Positions 50,861 to 64,000 of a stretch of 64,000 nt of DNA are shown one piece after another. This DNA is from Chiloscyllium plagiosum. Taxonomy: Eukaryota. The translations under genes were made by a program, and so were the position numbers. The stretch's first letter is position 1, and each line of letters starts with the position of its first letter. The stretch covers positions 14,128,511 to 14,192,510 of the forward strand of contig NC_057737.1 of NCBI RefSeq assembly GCF_004010195.1, in the 5' to 3' direction. The notes beneath the pieces were generated by a model, which had not been told where the DNA came from, made no database searches, and was given only the letters and a program-made list of their open reading frames with translations.

Positions 50861-53800
50861 TAAATTCCAGTATGCTCGCTGGAACAATTACACTAAGACT
50901 GAGGGTCAGGTGCAGATGGTATAGGATGAGTCCATCAGAAATTTGCAGTGATAGGAGAAGATCAAATACATTTCAGTGGAAAATATGTTCCACAAATAAC
51001 TGTCTGTGTTTCTATTGCACTTCATGCAGAAAAATGATCCAAGTGCTTTAAAAAAGCAAAAGCAAAAATGGAATTCGGCTAAAGAGCAAGATGTTAAGAT
51101 ATTAGGAAGCTGAAGTAGCAGTGCAAAACTCACAAATGACAAGGCTCTTAAATATGTTGTTGACTTCGAGAGCTACTGAGTATAACTTCTCAGACAGTCA
51201 CCAGAGCCTTGTCATTGGGTCTGTTGCTTCAGCCATTATCCACATTAAAAGTGTGATAGGTGTTGTTGCTGTTTTTATTGTCTCATTGTAATTGATCTTT
51301 TCCCAACACTGCAACTTCTTGTTAGTTCTCATCCTTTATTATCTGTACCTGACCTGCATTCTGGTGGTATCAGTTTCAACTAGCTTAATGGGATCCCACT
51401 CATTGAAAAGTTAGAGACCAATCCAGTGGATTGTGTGTATGCCGTGGGGGAGAGGGATGTACTGCAGGGAGCAGGCATGCAAAGGAAATATGTCGTCCTT
51501 GCCCAGTCTGGCTTACCTGTGACTCCAGACCCACAGCAATGTGCTTGTCCCTTAACTGCCCTCTGAAAATGACCTAGCAAAACAGTCAGTTCAAGAGGCA
51601 ATTAGGGATGGGATGCTGACCCAGTAAGTGACACCAACAACTGCTGAACGAAAAGTCAGAAATAGATGAGTGACCACTCAACCTGCCTTTGGTGATGATC
51701 ACCCTGGTATGATTGAAATGTTTATAGTGCTGCCGTTCAGGACTATTTCTGCTTTCCTCCACCGTCTAGTTGCACTTGCATTTTAGCCAGAGCTTCAATG
51801 TGAAGCAAAACTATGATTAGATACAATTAAATATGAATTTATGGCCTGCCATACAAATGCAACACAACTGGTACGCTTGTATCTCCTTATTTATTTCTGA
51901 CAGCCATAAAGCAGGAGCAGATGCCATATCACTAATAAGTTGAGAATTGTGGAAAATCCATTATAGACTCTCGAGTGTATTGGTTTTCAAATTTGTTTCT
52001 GGCATCTCTGAATGTTTTACAGGGTCACCAGATTTGGGTTTGGAAATATTGCACGTGGAGAGTACATCTTGTAAATTCTGCATTCTACATTTTTCTACAC
52101 TTGCTTACTTACTCCTTTCCTGCTTTTCTTATTGAAAGAGGATTTAATATTAAAAACACTTTCTGCCCTGTTTGTGTAATTTCCCCTTAAGCAGTTGACT
52201 TTCAAAAATGCTTCAGGAATTGGGGGTCTTTCTCATTTCATAAAACCAGTTTAAAGTGAAATCAAAATAGCTGTGCTTTTCTCTCTAGTTCTCCATGTAA
52301 GAGTTTGATAGATGTTCCATGAAACATTTTGATCCAGTTGCATATTCCAACTAGATCTTGGGAAGTTTTAGGTCTCTGCAATGATGGTAAAGTCGTCATA
52401 GTCCCAGGGGACATGAGGCTACTCTCTCATTAGAGAGAGAAGACTAATGGTGAGTTTAACCTGAGGGTCACCACATCTCAGGCAAGAGGAGACAGCTCTT
52501 AATAGTAACCTTAGCCGATGCGGGAATTGAATCCACACTATTGGCATTACTCTTTATCACAAGCCAATCATTCAATTAACTGAGCTAACTCCAGTCACTT
52601 TCATATAATATATAATATTAGTATTGGAAAATATTATTATTGATATATGCTAACATAGTAATAAAGTGTTGAAATTCAATGCTCATGGATTAATAACTGC
52701 TTGCCTGTTAAACTCACTGGCCAGTGTCATAAAAGTCATATCAGCATGGTATTTCAGCTGTGTGGAATGGAGGTCAACACCTTATTTATAAGAGCAGGAT
52801 TATTATTAGGACTATTCAACAATATACATGACAATGACATAATGCAGAGATCTTATTTCACATAAAGCTAGGGTTTCACTTGGAATGTTTTCACTTGGAT
52901 TTCATTAAAGTGAATGGTCAACAAGTGAAGTCTTTATATTTCTCCTGTCAACTGTGCACATAATCTGGGTACAGTTATAAATGCTGGACTTGTAAAATGG
53001 TATTGTACCTGAAAAGAGTATTTTGCACGAACAGCAGAAGAGTTTAGCACTGTACTGATCTTGCTGGTAATGTCCACATCCTATGAAAAGATAAAATAAT
53101 TGCAACATCAGACATGGTGAATAAAAGCTTGCTTCTAGCAGTACTGTTGCGGTATTGATTTGAGAGCATCATGCAAGAATCGTGATTTTAAGATGGACTG
53201 GTTTGGGTCTAATATTTTCTCCCTACATTGCCTTGATGGCAGTACAGTAACTAAACTGGTGATATCACAGAATTAAAAAAGCCATTCCTTTAAAAAAACT
53301 TCATATCTATTTCTGGTCTTCATTTATTATTAAGGGCACTTCTATATTTAACTGGGTTTTGAGAGAGCAATGCTCGTCCTTCATTTGAGAGTACTGTCCT
53401 TCCTTATCTGTGGTTAGTATGTCACTACAGATTAGTCAGAGGTCTTCAATTTAGAAAAGGTAAATCTATTTGTCTAAACATATACTGTCAGTGCATGAAT
53501 ATGGTCCACAGGGGCATGTACTATACAGAGTTTGTGAATTTATACTGTCCAGTGCCTCCGTTTGGTGTAGGTCCATTGGAGAATGCCAGTTTAGAAAGTG
53601 GAGAGTTTCCCTTTTGGGGAAATCAGATCTCAGTTTTTCAAATTAACATCCTCTAATTGCCCTACACTGAACTAGTGGAAGCTCGTACTGGCATTTTTTT
53701 TTTGCAGTAATGGAAAGTCGATATTTTGTGTCTTTAAAATAAAACAATGGCCTGGAGAGCCCATGCCTGGTAATGCAAACCTGCACCCCAGTGTAAGAAC

Positions 53801-54304
53801 ACTGGGGCACCAAAATGAATCAGGACAATTAGTAAGCTATGTAGGAGGCAGGGATTTTGTGGCATATCTGGAGACTCAGCAGAAAGTGGCTTGTCACTGT
53901 TGCTGGCTAAATAGAAGTAAGTAAATTTTAAATTCTAAATGTCATCGCACTACAAGAGCTGCAATGTTGAAGGAAGTGATTAAGAGGATTATGTCTGCGA
54001 GTATTTAAGATAGGAACTGATATGGAAGTGTTAAAATCAGAAAATTGCAATTTAAATCATGACATGGAATACAGGTATAAACTGTTGGAAGGCAAGTGAT
54101 GTAAATCATCCCAATGTGATGTCAACAAAATGTAACGTGAAAGTGCAAGAAATCCTTTACTACAGGACTAATATGTAAGGTGGATTGTTTGATCAGGTCT
54201 TATCTAAATTGTGACAGGTTTCTGAATCTTTATCACTGTAAATTATAAATAACCCTTCAACCATGAGAATGAATTAATTGAAAGCTTGTTTGGATGAAGG
54301 ATGA

Positions 54305-54505
<201 letters not shown>

Positions 54506-55536
54506 TAGTCCCTTTTTGTTTGCATTTAACTGGTTTCTAATTCCCTTCCAACTGCTGTTTTCAAGTACTTATACTCAGACACATTGAACTAATCTATTTG
54601 TTTCATTAAAAAGTCTAGTAAATGCCTATCTTATTCAGATAACAGTAGTGAATGGAATGGTTACAATTATCAAAGGTTATAAAGCAATATGTTCAGCTCT
54701 TGTGGAGCAGTGTTAGTGTCCCTACCACTGTGCCAGGAGGTCCAGTTTCAAATCCCACCTGCGCCAGAGATGTGTCAAAACATTCCTGAACAGGTTGATT
54801 TTAAAAAAAAAAGTAACATTAACTAACTGAATGGGAGAACAAGTGCAAGGGGCTGAATGGTTAAGTCTTTTTCCTGTGATAGGAAATGGAGTTAGAGTAT
54901 CATAATGTTTGAATAGGTAGCATTGGGGTACTAAACCATCTGACATACAACATCACAGTTTCAATCCCTACCATGGGCTTGAATCGGCTGGAGTGATGGC
55001 AGAAGTTTAACATTTAAAGCCTGGACTCAGAAGAAGAGGAAAAAGAAATTGCTCTTATGAACCCTAGTGGAAAGTGTGTGAAGATGTTGAGTAGGACGTG
55101 ATGGGGCTTTGCTGTTGTGCCACTTGCCTTTCCCATCTCCAGATTGTGTTTAAAATATAGCTATTTGATAGAAGTATCAATGAGCAGGATATTCGCAAAA
55201 CCATATTCCAATACTCAGAAGTGCTTCAAATAGAAGTTATAAGTTAGTACCCAAAGACTGAAGACTAAAGAAAGACTTGGGCTTCTTGGTCTTGAACACA
55301 GACCTTTAGGAGGTTATTTCATGGGCCCTTAAGGTAGTAAAATGGAAAAGTATATGTAGAACAGCACTTCATAGCACCAGAACTGAGGCCACTATGAACC
55401 ATAACGAAGTTGTTGTGTTGAAAAATATTGTCTCTTCTGTTCTAAGATGAAGAATTTTAATAATGGAAACTGGGAACAATGATTGCAACTGGACAAATGG
55501 GTTCCACCACTTTATCTTAATGCCCCTTACCTGCTT

Positions 55537-55843
55537 AGATTCCTTACAGTGTGGAAACAGGTCATTTGGTCCAATAAGTCCACACCGACCCTCCAAAGAA
55601 TAACCCACCCAGACCCATTTCCCTCTGACTAATACACCTAACACTATGGGCAATTTCCCATGGCCAGTCCACCTGACCTGCATATCTTTGGATTGTGGGA
55701 GAAAACCAAAGCACCTGGAAGAAACCCACGCAGACACTGGGAGAATGTACAAACACCCACAGACAGTTGCCTGAGGCTGGAATCAAACCCAGGTCCCTGG
55801 CGCTGTGAGGCTGCAGTGCTAACCACTGAGCCATCATGCCGCC
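55537..55843 (-). mobile_element. tRNA-derived V-SINE (HE1-like), full length
   Basis: Head GGCGGCATGATGGCTCAGTGGTTAGCACTG...GGTTTGATTCC, V-domain, CR1-like tail. Confidence 0.85.
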
Positions 55844-55939
55844 TCTTGATTCCATATCCTTTAAAATTCTGATATGCTTCGGAGTACCAGTTGGTGGAGG
55901 ATGGAACCTAGTCTCCGGGACCAGTATGTGGAGCATCTG

Positions 55940-56492
55940 TGTTCTGCACACACTAACCAACTCTAACTTCCAATTGCCATCCACTTTAATTCCCCCCTCC
56001 TACTCCCCCAGTGACATGTCCATCCTTGACCTCCTCCACCATCAGAGTGAGGCAAAACTGAAACTGGACGAACAGCACTTTGTATTTTGCCTGGGAAGCT
56101 TACAGCCCAATAGCCTCAACATCGACTTCACCAGTTTCAAAGTCCCTCCTCCTCCAGCTTTATCCCATGTCTAGCCCCTCCCCTCCTCCTCACCTCCCTG
56201 ACCTGTTCTAACCTGCCCAGCTTCCTATTCCGCTGCACCCTTCCCACTGACCAATCACAGTAACCTCCTACTTGCATCCACCTATCACCATTCCACCGAC
56301 CCTTCCCCCCAGCCCCACTCTCCTCCCTTCTGTTTTATTTCTGCGCTTCCATCCCCCTCCCCAGTCCTGACGAAGGGTTTCAGCGTGAAATGTTGACTTT
56401 CTTCTCCTCTGATGCTGTCTGACTTGCTGTGCTTTTCCAGCTTCACGTCTGTTGACTCTGACTTCCAGCATCTGCAGTCCTTACTGTCTCCT
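55940..56492 (+). mobile_element. Penelope-like element 3' end (GIY-YIG tail plus pLTR with a degenerate HHR at 56367-56394)
   Basis: KLDEQHFVFCLGSLQPNSLNIDFTSF, then CTGACGA-A-GGGT-TTCA-GCGT-GAAA-TGTT. Confidence 0.75.
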
Positions 56493-57475
56493 GTTGAGAT
56501 TGCACCTGTCCACTAGTGTTTAGTAACTTCTGAATACTGATCCCTAAACCTCACAGCTCCTCCACGGTTCCTGGTTCCTTACAGTTTAGAAGATACTCAG
56601 ATCTATCTTTCCAAAGAAAATGACCTTGCATTTCCCTTCATTAAGTTCAATTTGTCACAGTTTATCCACTCATTTAACTTGTCAATTATTCTTACTGCTT
56701 TACCTTCACTGTTTACCATGTCACCACCTCACTTGGTGGTGTTAGCAAACTTAGATAGACAGTTCTCGCTTCCTTTTATTTAAGTCAGTGATAAATACAG
56801 ACCCCGGCACAGCACTCTGGGGAACATCAGTCACATCCTGCCGATTGGAGTACATACTCATTATCCCTTCTCTCTGTTTCCTGACTCCTAAGCAGTTCTC
56901 CAACTTGAGGGTTGGCTCCAATGCCACACTCTTTCATTTATGTGAGCATCTCTTGTTTAGAATCTTATCAAAGGCTTCTGGAATTTGATATTAAAAAAAT
57001 GGACACTCCCTTATAAGCTTTGTTAGCAAAACTCTTCAAAACAAAATTAACCAAGTTAGATCAATAGTTGTGATTTGTGGAGTGTTATTTACATCAAAAT
57101 AACCTTCCACCAATCACTACAAGTTCTCTCTGATCAGTTCATCTTCATCAAAGTGATAAGGATAGCTGGAGAACAGCAATCAGGAAGAACATCTCCCGAT
57201 AAGGGAGATCCAATGACATTTGGTCTGCTTGAATTGGCTGCTGAGACATTGAATACTCTAACAGAAACTGTTTGGGGGCAGTGCAAAATATTCCCTAATG
57301 GCTTATAAAAGAAATGTAGAGAAGTATTTTAAGACTTCTGTTTTTAAAGGTACAGGGTGAAGATTACATGACATGTTCTTCTAGGGAGCCACTGTTAGTA
57401 ATAGGTGGCCAGCTGGTCTGTTTTCTGTTGAGCTTTTAGAGAGAGGAATGTTGGTCAAGACATTTGGGGAATTAA

Positions 57476-57748
<273 letters not shown>

Positions 57749-58273
57749 TGATCTGAGTCAGTGTTTTTAATAGCATGGGAAAAGGCTCTTTGGCCCATCA
57801 TAACCACATTGATTATCTATCTATTTCTGGTCCCATTGTCCAACACGAGGTCTGTAGCCTTGTATGCTATGGTATTCCAAGTCGTTGGCTAAATACTTCA
57901 TAAACATCTTGAGGGTTCGGGCCTCTCCTGCCCTTTTTAGGCAGTGAGTTGCAGATGCCCACTAGTCCCTGGGTGAAAACATTTTCCCTCTAAACTCCCT
58001 GATCTTTACTTTAAAACTCTGCCCCTGATTATTGACCATCTACGAAGGGGAAACGTTTCTCCCTATCTACTCCATCTGTGCCCCTCATGAATTTGTACAC
58101 CTCCTCTTGGCCTTCTCTGCTCTTAGGTAAGATCACCGGTCATCTAGTCTCTCTTCTCAGCTAAATTGCCCCAACCCAGGCAACATCCTGATGAATCTAC
58201 TCTGCAATCTCTCTAGTGGAAGCTCAGCCTTCCTATTTTTTAAAAAAAGGAAATTCTGCGGATCCTCTAACTC

Positions 58274-58482
58274 AAAAACAAAACAGAAATTGTTGGAACA
58301 ACTCCGCAGGTCTGGCAGCATCTGTGGAGAGAAATCAGAGTTAACATTTTGGATTGAGTGACCCTTCCTCAAGGTCCTCAGGCCTGAGGAAGGGTCACTC
58401 AACCCAAAACATTAACTCTGATTTCTCTCCACAGATGCTGCCAGACATGTTGAGTTGTTCCAGGAATTTCAGTTTTTGTTCC
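58274..58482. repeat. Near-perfect palindrome formed by two head-to-head Penelope-like pLTR ends
   Basis: Arms of about 95 bp; central perfect palindrome TCCTCAGGCCTGAGGA at 58375-58390; decayed HHR CTGAGGAAGGGTCACTCAACCCAAAACATT. Confidence 0.85.
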
Positions 58483-59774
58483 AAACCTCATTACAGCAAG
58501 TCAAGTGAGTCAAAGAGGGACAACAAGGAGAAATAATCTTGAACTGTTTGGAGTGTGCTGCCTTAAAAGATGGAGGGTTCAGATTAAATAGCTTTCTAAA
58601 GGCAATTTATATATAACTAACAAGGGAAAAAGGTGCAGAGTGATGGAGTGTGAGTAAGGTGACAGGGTAGGTGGGTGGTGGATTGGTTGCTCGGATGAAT
58701 CGATTCGCTCGTTCAAAGGGCTGGGCCAAGTGATCGCCTCCTGTGCTGTGTGATTCTTTGAATGTATTTAGAGGAGAGGGGAGAAATATAAATTTTTTTT
58801 CCAAACATTTTGGATGCAGAGATTTTAGCTCATTTGGTTATGTTAATAATGAATATTGCTGAACTCCCATTGAATTAGTTTTTTTTGCTCTGTTACCATG
58901 GAAATGGAAAAAATAAATTGGAAGGAACTCATGTAAATCTGCAGTAAAGTCAGAAAATTACAGAAATACTAGAATCTGAAGAGAAAAAAGGTCAGATCAG
59001 TGTTTCAGGCCTTTTATCTGAAATGGACCTAGTCATAGATAGCTATGTTTCCTGACATTGTTATGTTGTATAAAATGAGGTGGAACCTCTGTCTATTGAT
59101 AGAGTTCCATGGTGACATTGTTCCAAACTCTGGGGATGTTGCTATCTGGCTAAAAAGGGCAGGTTCCTGGGTCTTTAGCCCTGCGTTGGCAGCAGAACCT
59201 CGGAGTAGCATTCCAGTTGTCTAAGAGGGGAAACTGTGGGATTAGATCAATTGGATTATTTTCCCCCTGAAGAATTGGGGCTGTGATGAAATGCTGTGAT
59301 ATTGCAGCTCTCCACAGGCATTTTGTGACTGGTCCCATCGAGGTGTGAAACTGATTGTACTCCCAGAGAAGCCATACAAATTCTCCAGGACACTCCCCTC
59401 AAACTACTGCCAGCCCCGATTAGGAAAAGGTCAAGAAATACTGTAGCTCCCAGCTTGGATTCTGTTTACAAAGTAATGGGAGCAGGAACTTAGTGAAACT
59501 GGATTTTGCTCCAGATTCTGTCATGCGTCTCAGCAGAGTCCTTTCCTCTAACCCTTCTGGGAAGCTTCTTTCTACTGAGGTGTCTGGCTAAAGTGACAAC
59601 CTGAACTTATTCCTTGCAAATACTGACAGATCTACAGCACTGCCTTTTCCTACGTTTCTGTTTTCATATGCATTTTCTTTTTGCTTTTCCCTGTGATGCT
59701 GAGAGGCATGCAGGTCATTAACTTCAATCAGTTAATTTTGAGATGTGTTGTCTGTATTTTGTGTTTTCCTCTAG

Positions 59775-59890
59775 TTCCTTCCAGACCTGCTGGGGAAAGA
59801 AGGAATCTTACTTCAGCTTAGCACACCAACCCAGCCAGACGTGGACCTGCGGAGGGCTGCGGTGTATTGCATGGCCAATCTCTGTCTTGG
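59775..59890 (+). CDS. HEATR6: HEATR6 exon 4
   Basis: TAG| [38 protein letters not shown](G) |GTAAGT; ends in phase 2. Confidence 0.95.
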
Positions 59891-61364
59891 GTAAGTTTTC
59901 AAATATAAAGTAATTTGGCCCAGGTTTGTTCACAGTTTAGCAAATATTGAAACTTCAATTCCTTTATATTCCTCACTGGCTAGTGCCATTTTAGGAAAGA
60001 GAAAGACACTAGGGTGGTAAGATTTAGAGTAGTTTATCTTCAAAGCTTTTCCCTGGTAGGCTGACAGGATATGAATTAGTAGCAAAGTGAAACAACCTGT
60101 TCACTACTTGGAATGCACTGCTCTGTCCTGTTAAAATGCAATCTTCCATCTAATAGTTAAATTGAAGAATTGTTTGATGACAAAAAGATTGTTGGTTTTA
60201 CAGTTTCAGGGCATGACAATGGAATTTTATGTCTTTTTTGATTAGATTATTAATTCACTGTTTAATTCTCTTCTTGGGATGTGGGTATTGCTGATATGTT
60301 TGTTTGTTGCCCATTCCTAATTACATTTTGAACTGAATGAATTGCTGGGATATTTCAGAGAGCAGTTAAGAATTGTCCAGACCCAATTTCTGTGGGTCTG
60401 GACTCTCCATGTAGACCAGACCAGGTAAGGATAGCAGATTTCCTTCCTTAAAGGACATTTGTGAGCCAGATGGGCTTTCTTGACGATTGATGATAGTTTC
60501 ATGTTGCTATGTCCGAGTCTAGTTTTCACTTCCAGATTTGATGTGGGCATCACCGACGAGGTCAGCATTAATTGCGCATCCCTAATTAGTCTTGGAAAGG
60601 TTTTGTCAAGTTGTAATATTGAACCGCTGCAGTCCATGTGATGTAGACACTCCAACAGTTTTTGTTTGGGAAGAACGTCCTGGCTTTTGACCCAGTGGTG
60701 ATGAAGACACCTCAAAATATTTCCAGATCAAGATGATACAAGATGCTTAGAAATGGCAGTTTTCCTAAGCGTCTACTTCTTTTGTCCTTCTGGGTGGCAG
60801 AGGCCTTGAGTTTGGAAGGTGCTGTGGAAGAAGCCTTGGCAAGTTATGGCTAGGCATCTAGTAGACTGTTACAAACTGTGCATGTCAAGGCAATGTTGAA
60901 AGGAGGTTTGACCAAAATGTTCTGAGTTGATGGGAATTAGAAAATACATTTATTTGCAACCAATATTGATTTTTGGTCCTTAAACTTTTTGTTTAGGCAA
61001 TAGGATGGAGACCAGAGTCTGTATGATTCTGACCTGTATTCCAAACCCACAGGCCCCACTCTCCTGTGACCCCCTTCATCTGACACACCATAGAAACACC
61101 TTTCAAGGCTGAGGAACAATGGTCCCTGGGTGTTCATGGCAGTTGGCCAAAGCAAATTTGCCAGATTTGTCTCTGGCATCATACACTTGCACTTATGTCG
61201 TTGACAGCATAAGCATAATATAAAAGTACATTAAACCATTCTCCCACTTCATGGGTTTCATTGGTTTATTATAAACTGAGAATGTGTATCTGTGATAGAT
61301 GTGAGCTGTTAATGCAAATATTGCACTAAAATTTTAAAGGATTATTTCACTTTCTTGCTAATAG

Positions 61365-61479
61365 TATGCCTGGACAGCCATACTTGGATGAACCGTACAA
61401 AACTGTGGCTCTACAAACCTTTCTCATTGTGATGCGGAACCCAAGGTCTCCTGATGTTGATGATGTCACCGTATGTAAG
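61365..61479 (+). CDS. HEATR6: HEATR6 exon 5; gene continues beyond the window
   Basis: TAG|T MPGQPYLDEPYKTVALQTFLIVMRNPRSPDVDDVTVCK |GTAACT; phase matches exon 4. Confidence 0.95.
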
Positions 61480-61597
61480 GTAACTAATAAAGTGTGATGG
61501 TACAATTATTTCTAATCACAATACAAGTTTAGCTCCTGCTGCTAAGTAGCTAATTGCTGGGAGGTGCATTTAAATAACCAGAACACCTTGACTTTTA

Positions 61598-62124
61598 CAG
61601 GTAGTTTTCCGATAACATGGTAGTTGCATTCCAGCAAAACCTCGCTTAATTGAAATAATGGGGCCTATGGGAAAATTGGGGCAGACCAGCAAAAATATCA
61701 CCCATGGTCACTCAAAAATCACCCAGAAGTCTAACGCAAAGTATATCACAGCCTGAATGAAGGTTGAAATCATATTTATTAACGAAACAAAAGTAAATTT
61801 AACACAGTACATTTATAAAATGTAAGAAAGCTGCTCTTTGTACAGTATCTCTCTCAGAAAGCTGCTCTGTTGGCAGCTTACATCAGCACATGTGCAGAAT
61901 GGCATGCAGACTGGCACCAACGTCGCAAATACGCAGACGCCGGCATATGTGCAGAATGGCAAGATCATCGGCACATGCGCAGAATGAAGCGCACGAACCG
62001 ATCCCCGCTGGAATCGTGCTATTGCCAACAGAGGTAAACGTACACCAAAATACCGTTCCCTAATTTTTCAGCGAAGTTATAGCCAATTGCGCTGCTGAAA
62101 CATGCATTATCCCAGAACTACCTG
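61598..62124. mobile_element. Tc1/mariner (Tigger-like) non-autonomous element
   Basis: TA|CAGGTAGTT...AACTACCTG|TA; three internal GCACATGTGCAGAATG-like repeats. Confidence 0.75.
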
Positions 62125-62408
62125 TATTTTTCATTTCATTTTCTGTAGGGAATTATCTGGCTATCACTTAATTCCTTAGCACGACAGAAAGATTGTGGGG
62201 TCAAGTCCTGTTTCAGACACTTGAGCACATGATCTAAGCTGATACACCCAGTACAGAATTGAGGGAATTGACATGCCATCTGTCTGATGAATTGTTAAAC
62301 TGAGGCTTTGATTGACCTCTCAGGCGAATGTAAAATATTTCAGAGGATGATTCATAGAGCAAAAGCGTTCTCTCTGACTAACCTTTATTCCTTAATCAAT
62401 TCTTCTTG

Positions 62409-62630
62409 TGGAGAGTGGTGCATGTATGAAATGAACTGCCAGAGGAAGTGATGGAGGCTGGTACAATTGCAGCATTTAAAAAGCATCTGGATGGGTATAT
62501 GAATAGGAAGGTTTAGAGGGATATGGGCCAAATGCTGGCAAATGGGACTAGATTAATGTAGGACATCTTGTCGACATGGACGAGTTGGACCGAAGGATCT
62601 GTTTCCATGCTGTACAGGTCTATGACTCTA
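62409..62630 (+). mobile_element. CR1-type LINE 3' tail
   Basis: AATGAACTGCCAGAGGAAG...TTTCCATGCTGTA...TATGACTCTA. Confidence 0.85.
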
Positions 62631-64000
62631 AGTAAAACAATAAATCCAGTTCCATAGTTTGTTGCTGCTAGGGGGATTTTGGTGTGCCCAAATGGCCACT
62701 TCATTTCCTACATTAAAATAGCAGGTAGACTTTAAAAGTATTTGTAAGATGAAAAGTGCTTTGGGTTGTCCTGTGGTTGTGAAAGGCCCTGTATCTATAA
62801 CATATGTGCAATACACAAAGTCTTTCTTCTTTCCTTATGTCATACAGTATGAAAACTCATGTTGCTGTTTTCATGACATTCACAATTTCATGGCCACAAA
62901 CAGCTCATGATGTCCAGATTATGTTCGATAATGAGGGACATCTAGGGAATATTCAAATATTTTTAAGACCGAGGTGGATAAATTTTTGTTAGGCAGAGAA
63001 ATAAAAGGTTATGGGTAGAGGGGAATGTAGAATTCAGAATACAAACAGATGATCTTACTGAATGGTGGATCAGACTCGGGGATTTGAATGTCCTATTTTA
63101 GCTCCCATTAAAATGACGTGGGTATTGCTTGCTGAGTATTATTTTCTGCTGCTCTTCATCTTGGCAAGTAGCACAGCTTAAATGTTAAGACTGCTGCCAT
63201 TATTCAAACAAATATAATAAAAATTAAATTAATTGTTAATCCCATTGCTGCAACCTGCTCATAGGCTCTGACACAGACCACGTAGTTAACTGTTGGGATG
63301 TGGCTGGACCTTTGATTATTACCTGTGTTCCTGTGGGGATGTTACCTGACCTTCTGCTCATCATTTCATTGTGATAGCTTTGCTCAGCCAGAGTTCACCA
63401 TGTGACAGCCTGGTTTTGAGTTGACATTGCACAGTGTCTTAGATTTGCTGTCTCAACAGCCAGCACTGTTCTAAGTGAACTCCCTTGTTTTGTGTTTGTT
63501 TCTTTTCAGCAATCTGGTCACAATGTTTCTGTTCCCTTAGATTGAGGGAAGTGTCCATGATGTGATGAAAAGCATCTAGTGTATAATAATGTTCCAAAGT
63601 GTATCATGTGGTTACCGATATGCACAAGGACTCTAGTGACAGAATTTGTTATGAAACAAAGTTCTGCTGTATGTGATCAACAGAAAAGTAGCTTTTGTGA
63701 GGAAGCAAGACCTTACAGGTCACAAAGTCAGTTAAGTTGTTCCTGACTGTTGACAATTGTGCATACAACCTGTTCAACAAAATTCAGTTTGCAAAGAACC
63801 CAATGTTTGTGACCTGAATTTTCACTGTACAGTAAGAAAATTGGAAGAGATGAAAATGGAGACTTTGTTCTACATGATTCTATCTTCTGAAACAGTGTGG
63901 AAGATATCAAAGGCTGTGTGAGTCTGGTCTTTTCTAAGTCCAATTTCCATAGAATGAGCATTCTCCAAGAGAAGCCATTGGAAAGTGATCAGGACCTGGA

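Noticed and set aside
58892-58905. RFX X-box-like GTTACCATGGAAAT
   Set aside because: A single intronic match with a mismatch and no supporting context.

Overview
Vertebrate genomic DNA, most likely a shark (inferred from HE1-like V-SINEs, CR1 LINEs and Penelope-like repeats). Three spliced host genes are supported: SRSF1 coding exon 1 (minus strand, gene runs off the left edge), a complete DYNLL2 (89 aa, with Phe at position 41) and the first five coding exons of HEATR6 (gene runs off the right edge). Almost all ORFs in the supplied track are spurious or transposon-derived. The rest is transposon-rich: CR1 and older L2/CR1-group LINE fragments, tRNA-derived SINEs, two TA-flanked MITEs, a solo LTR and a young Tx1/L1-type insertion with four A-tracts. 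The most interesting unexplained structure is about a dozen minimal hammerhead-ribozyme (HHR) motifs in Penelope-like repeat ends. These include three head-to-head inverted pairs and a 458-bp tandem duplication whose two intact-looking HHRs could release a retrozyme-like monomer or circular RNA. All family assignments come from reading the sequence and recalled consensus features; no database search was run.
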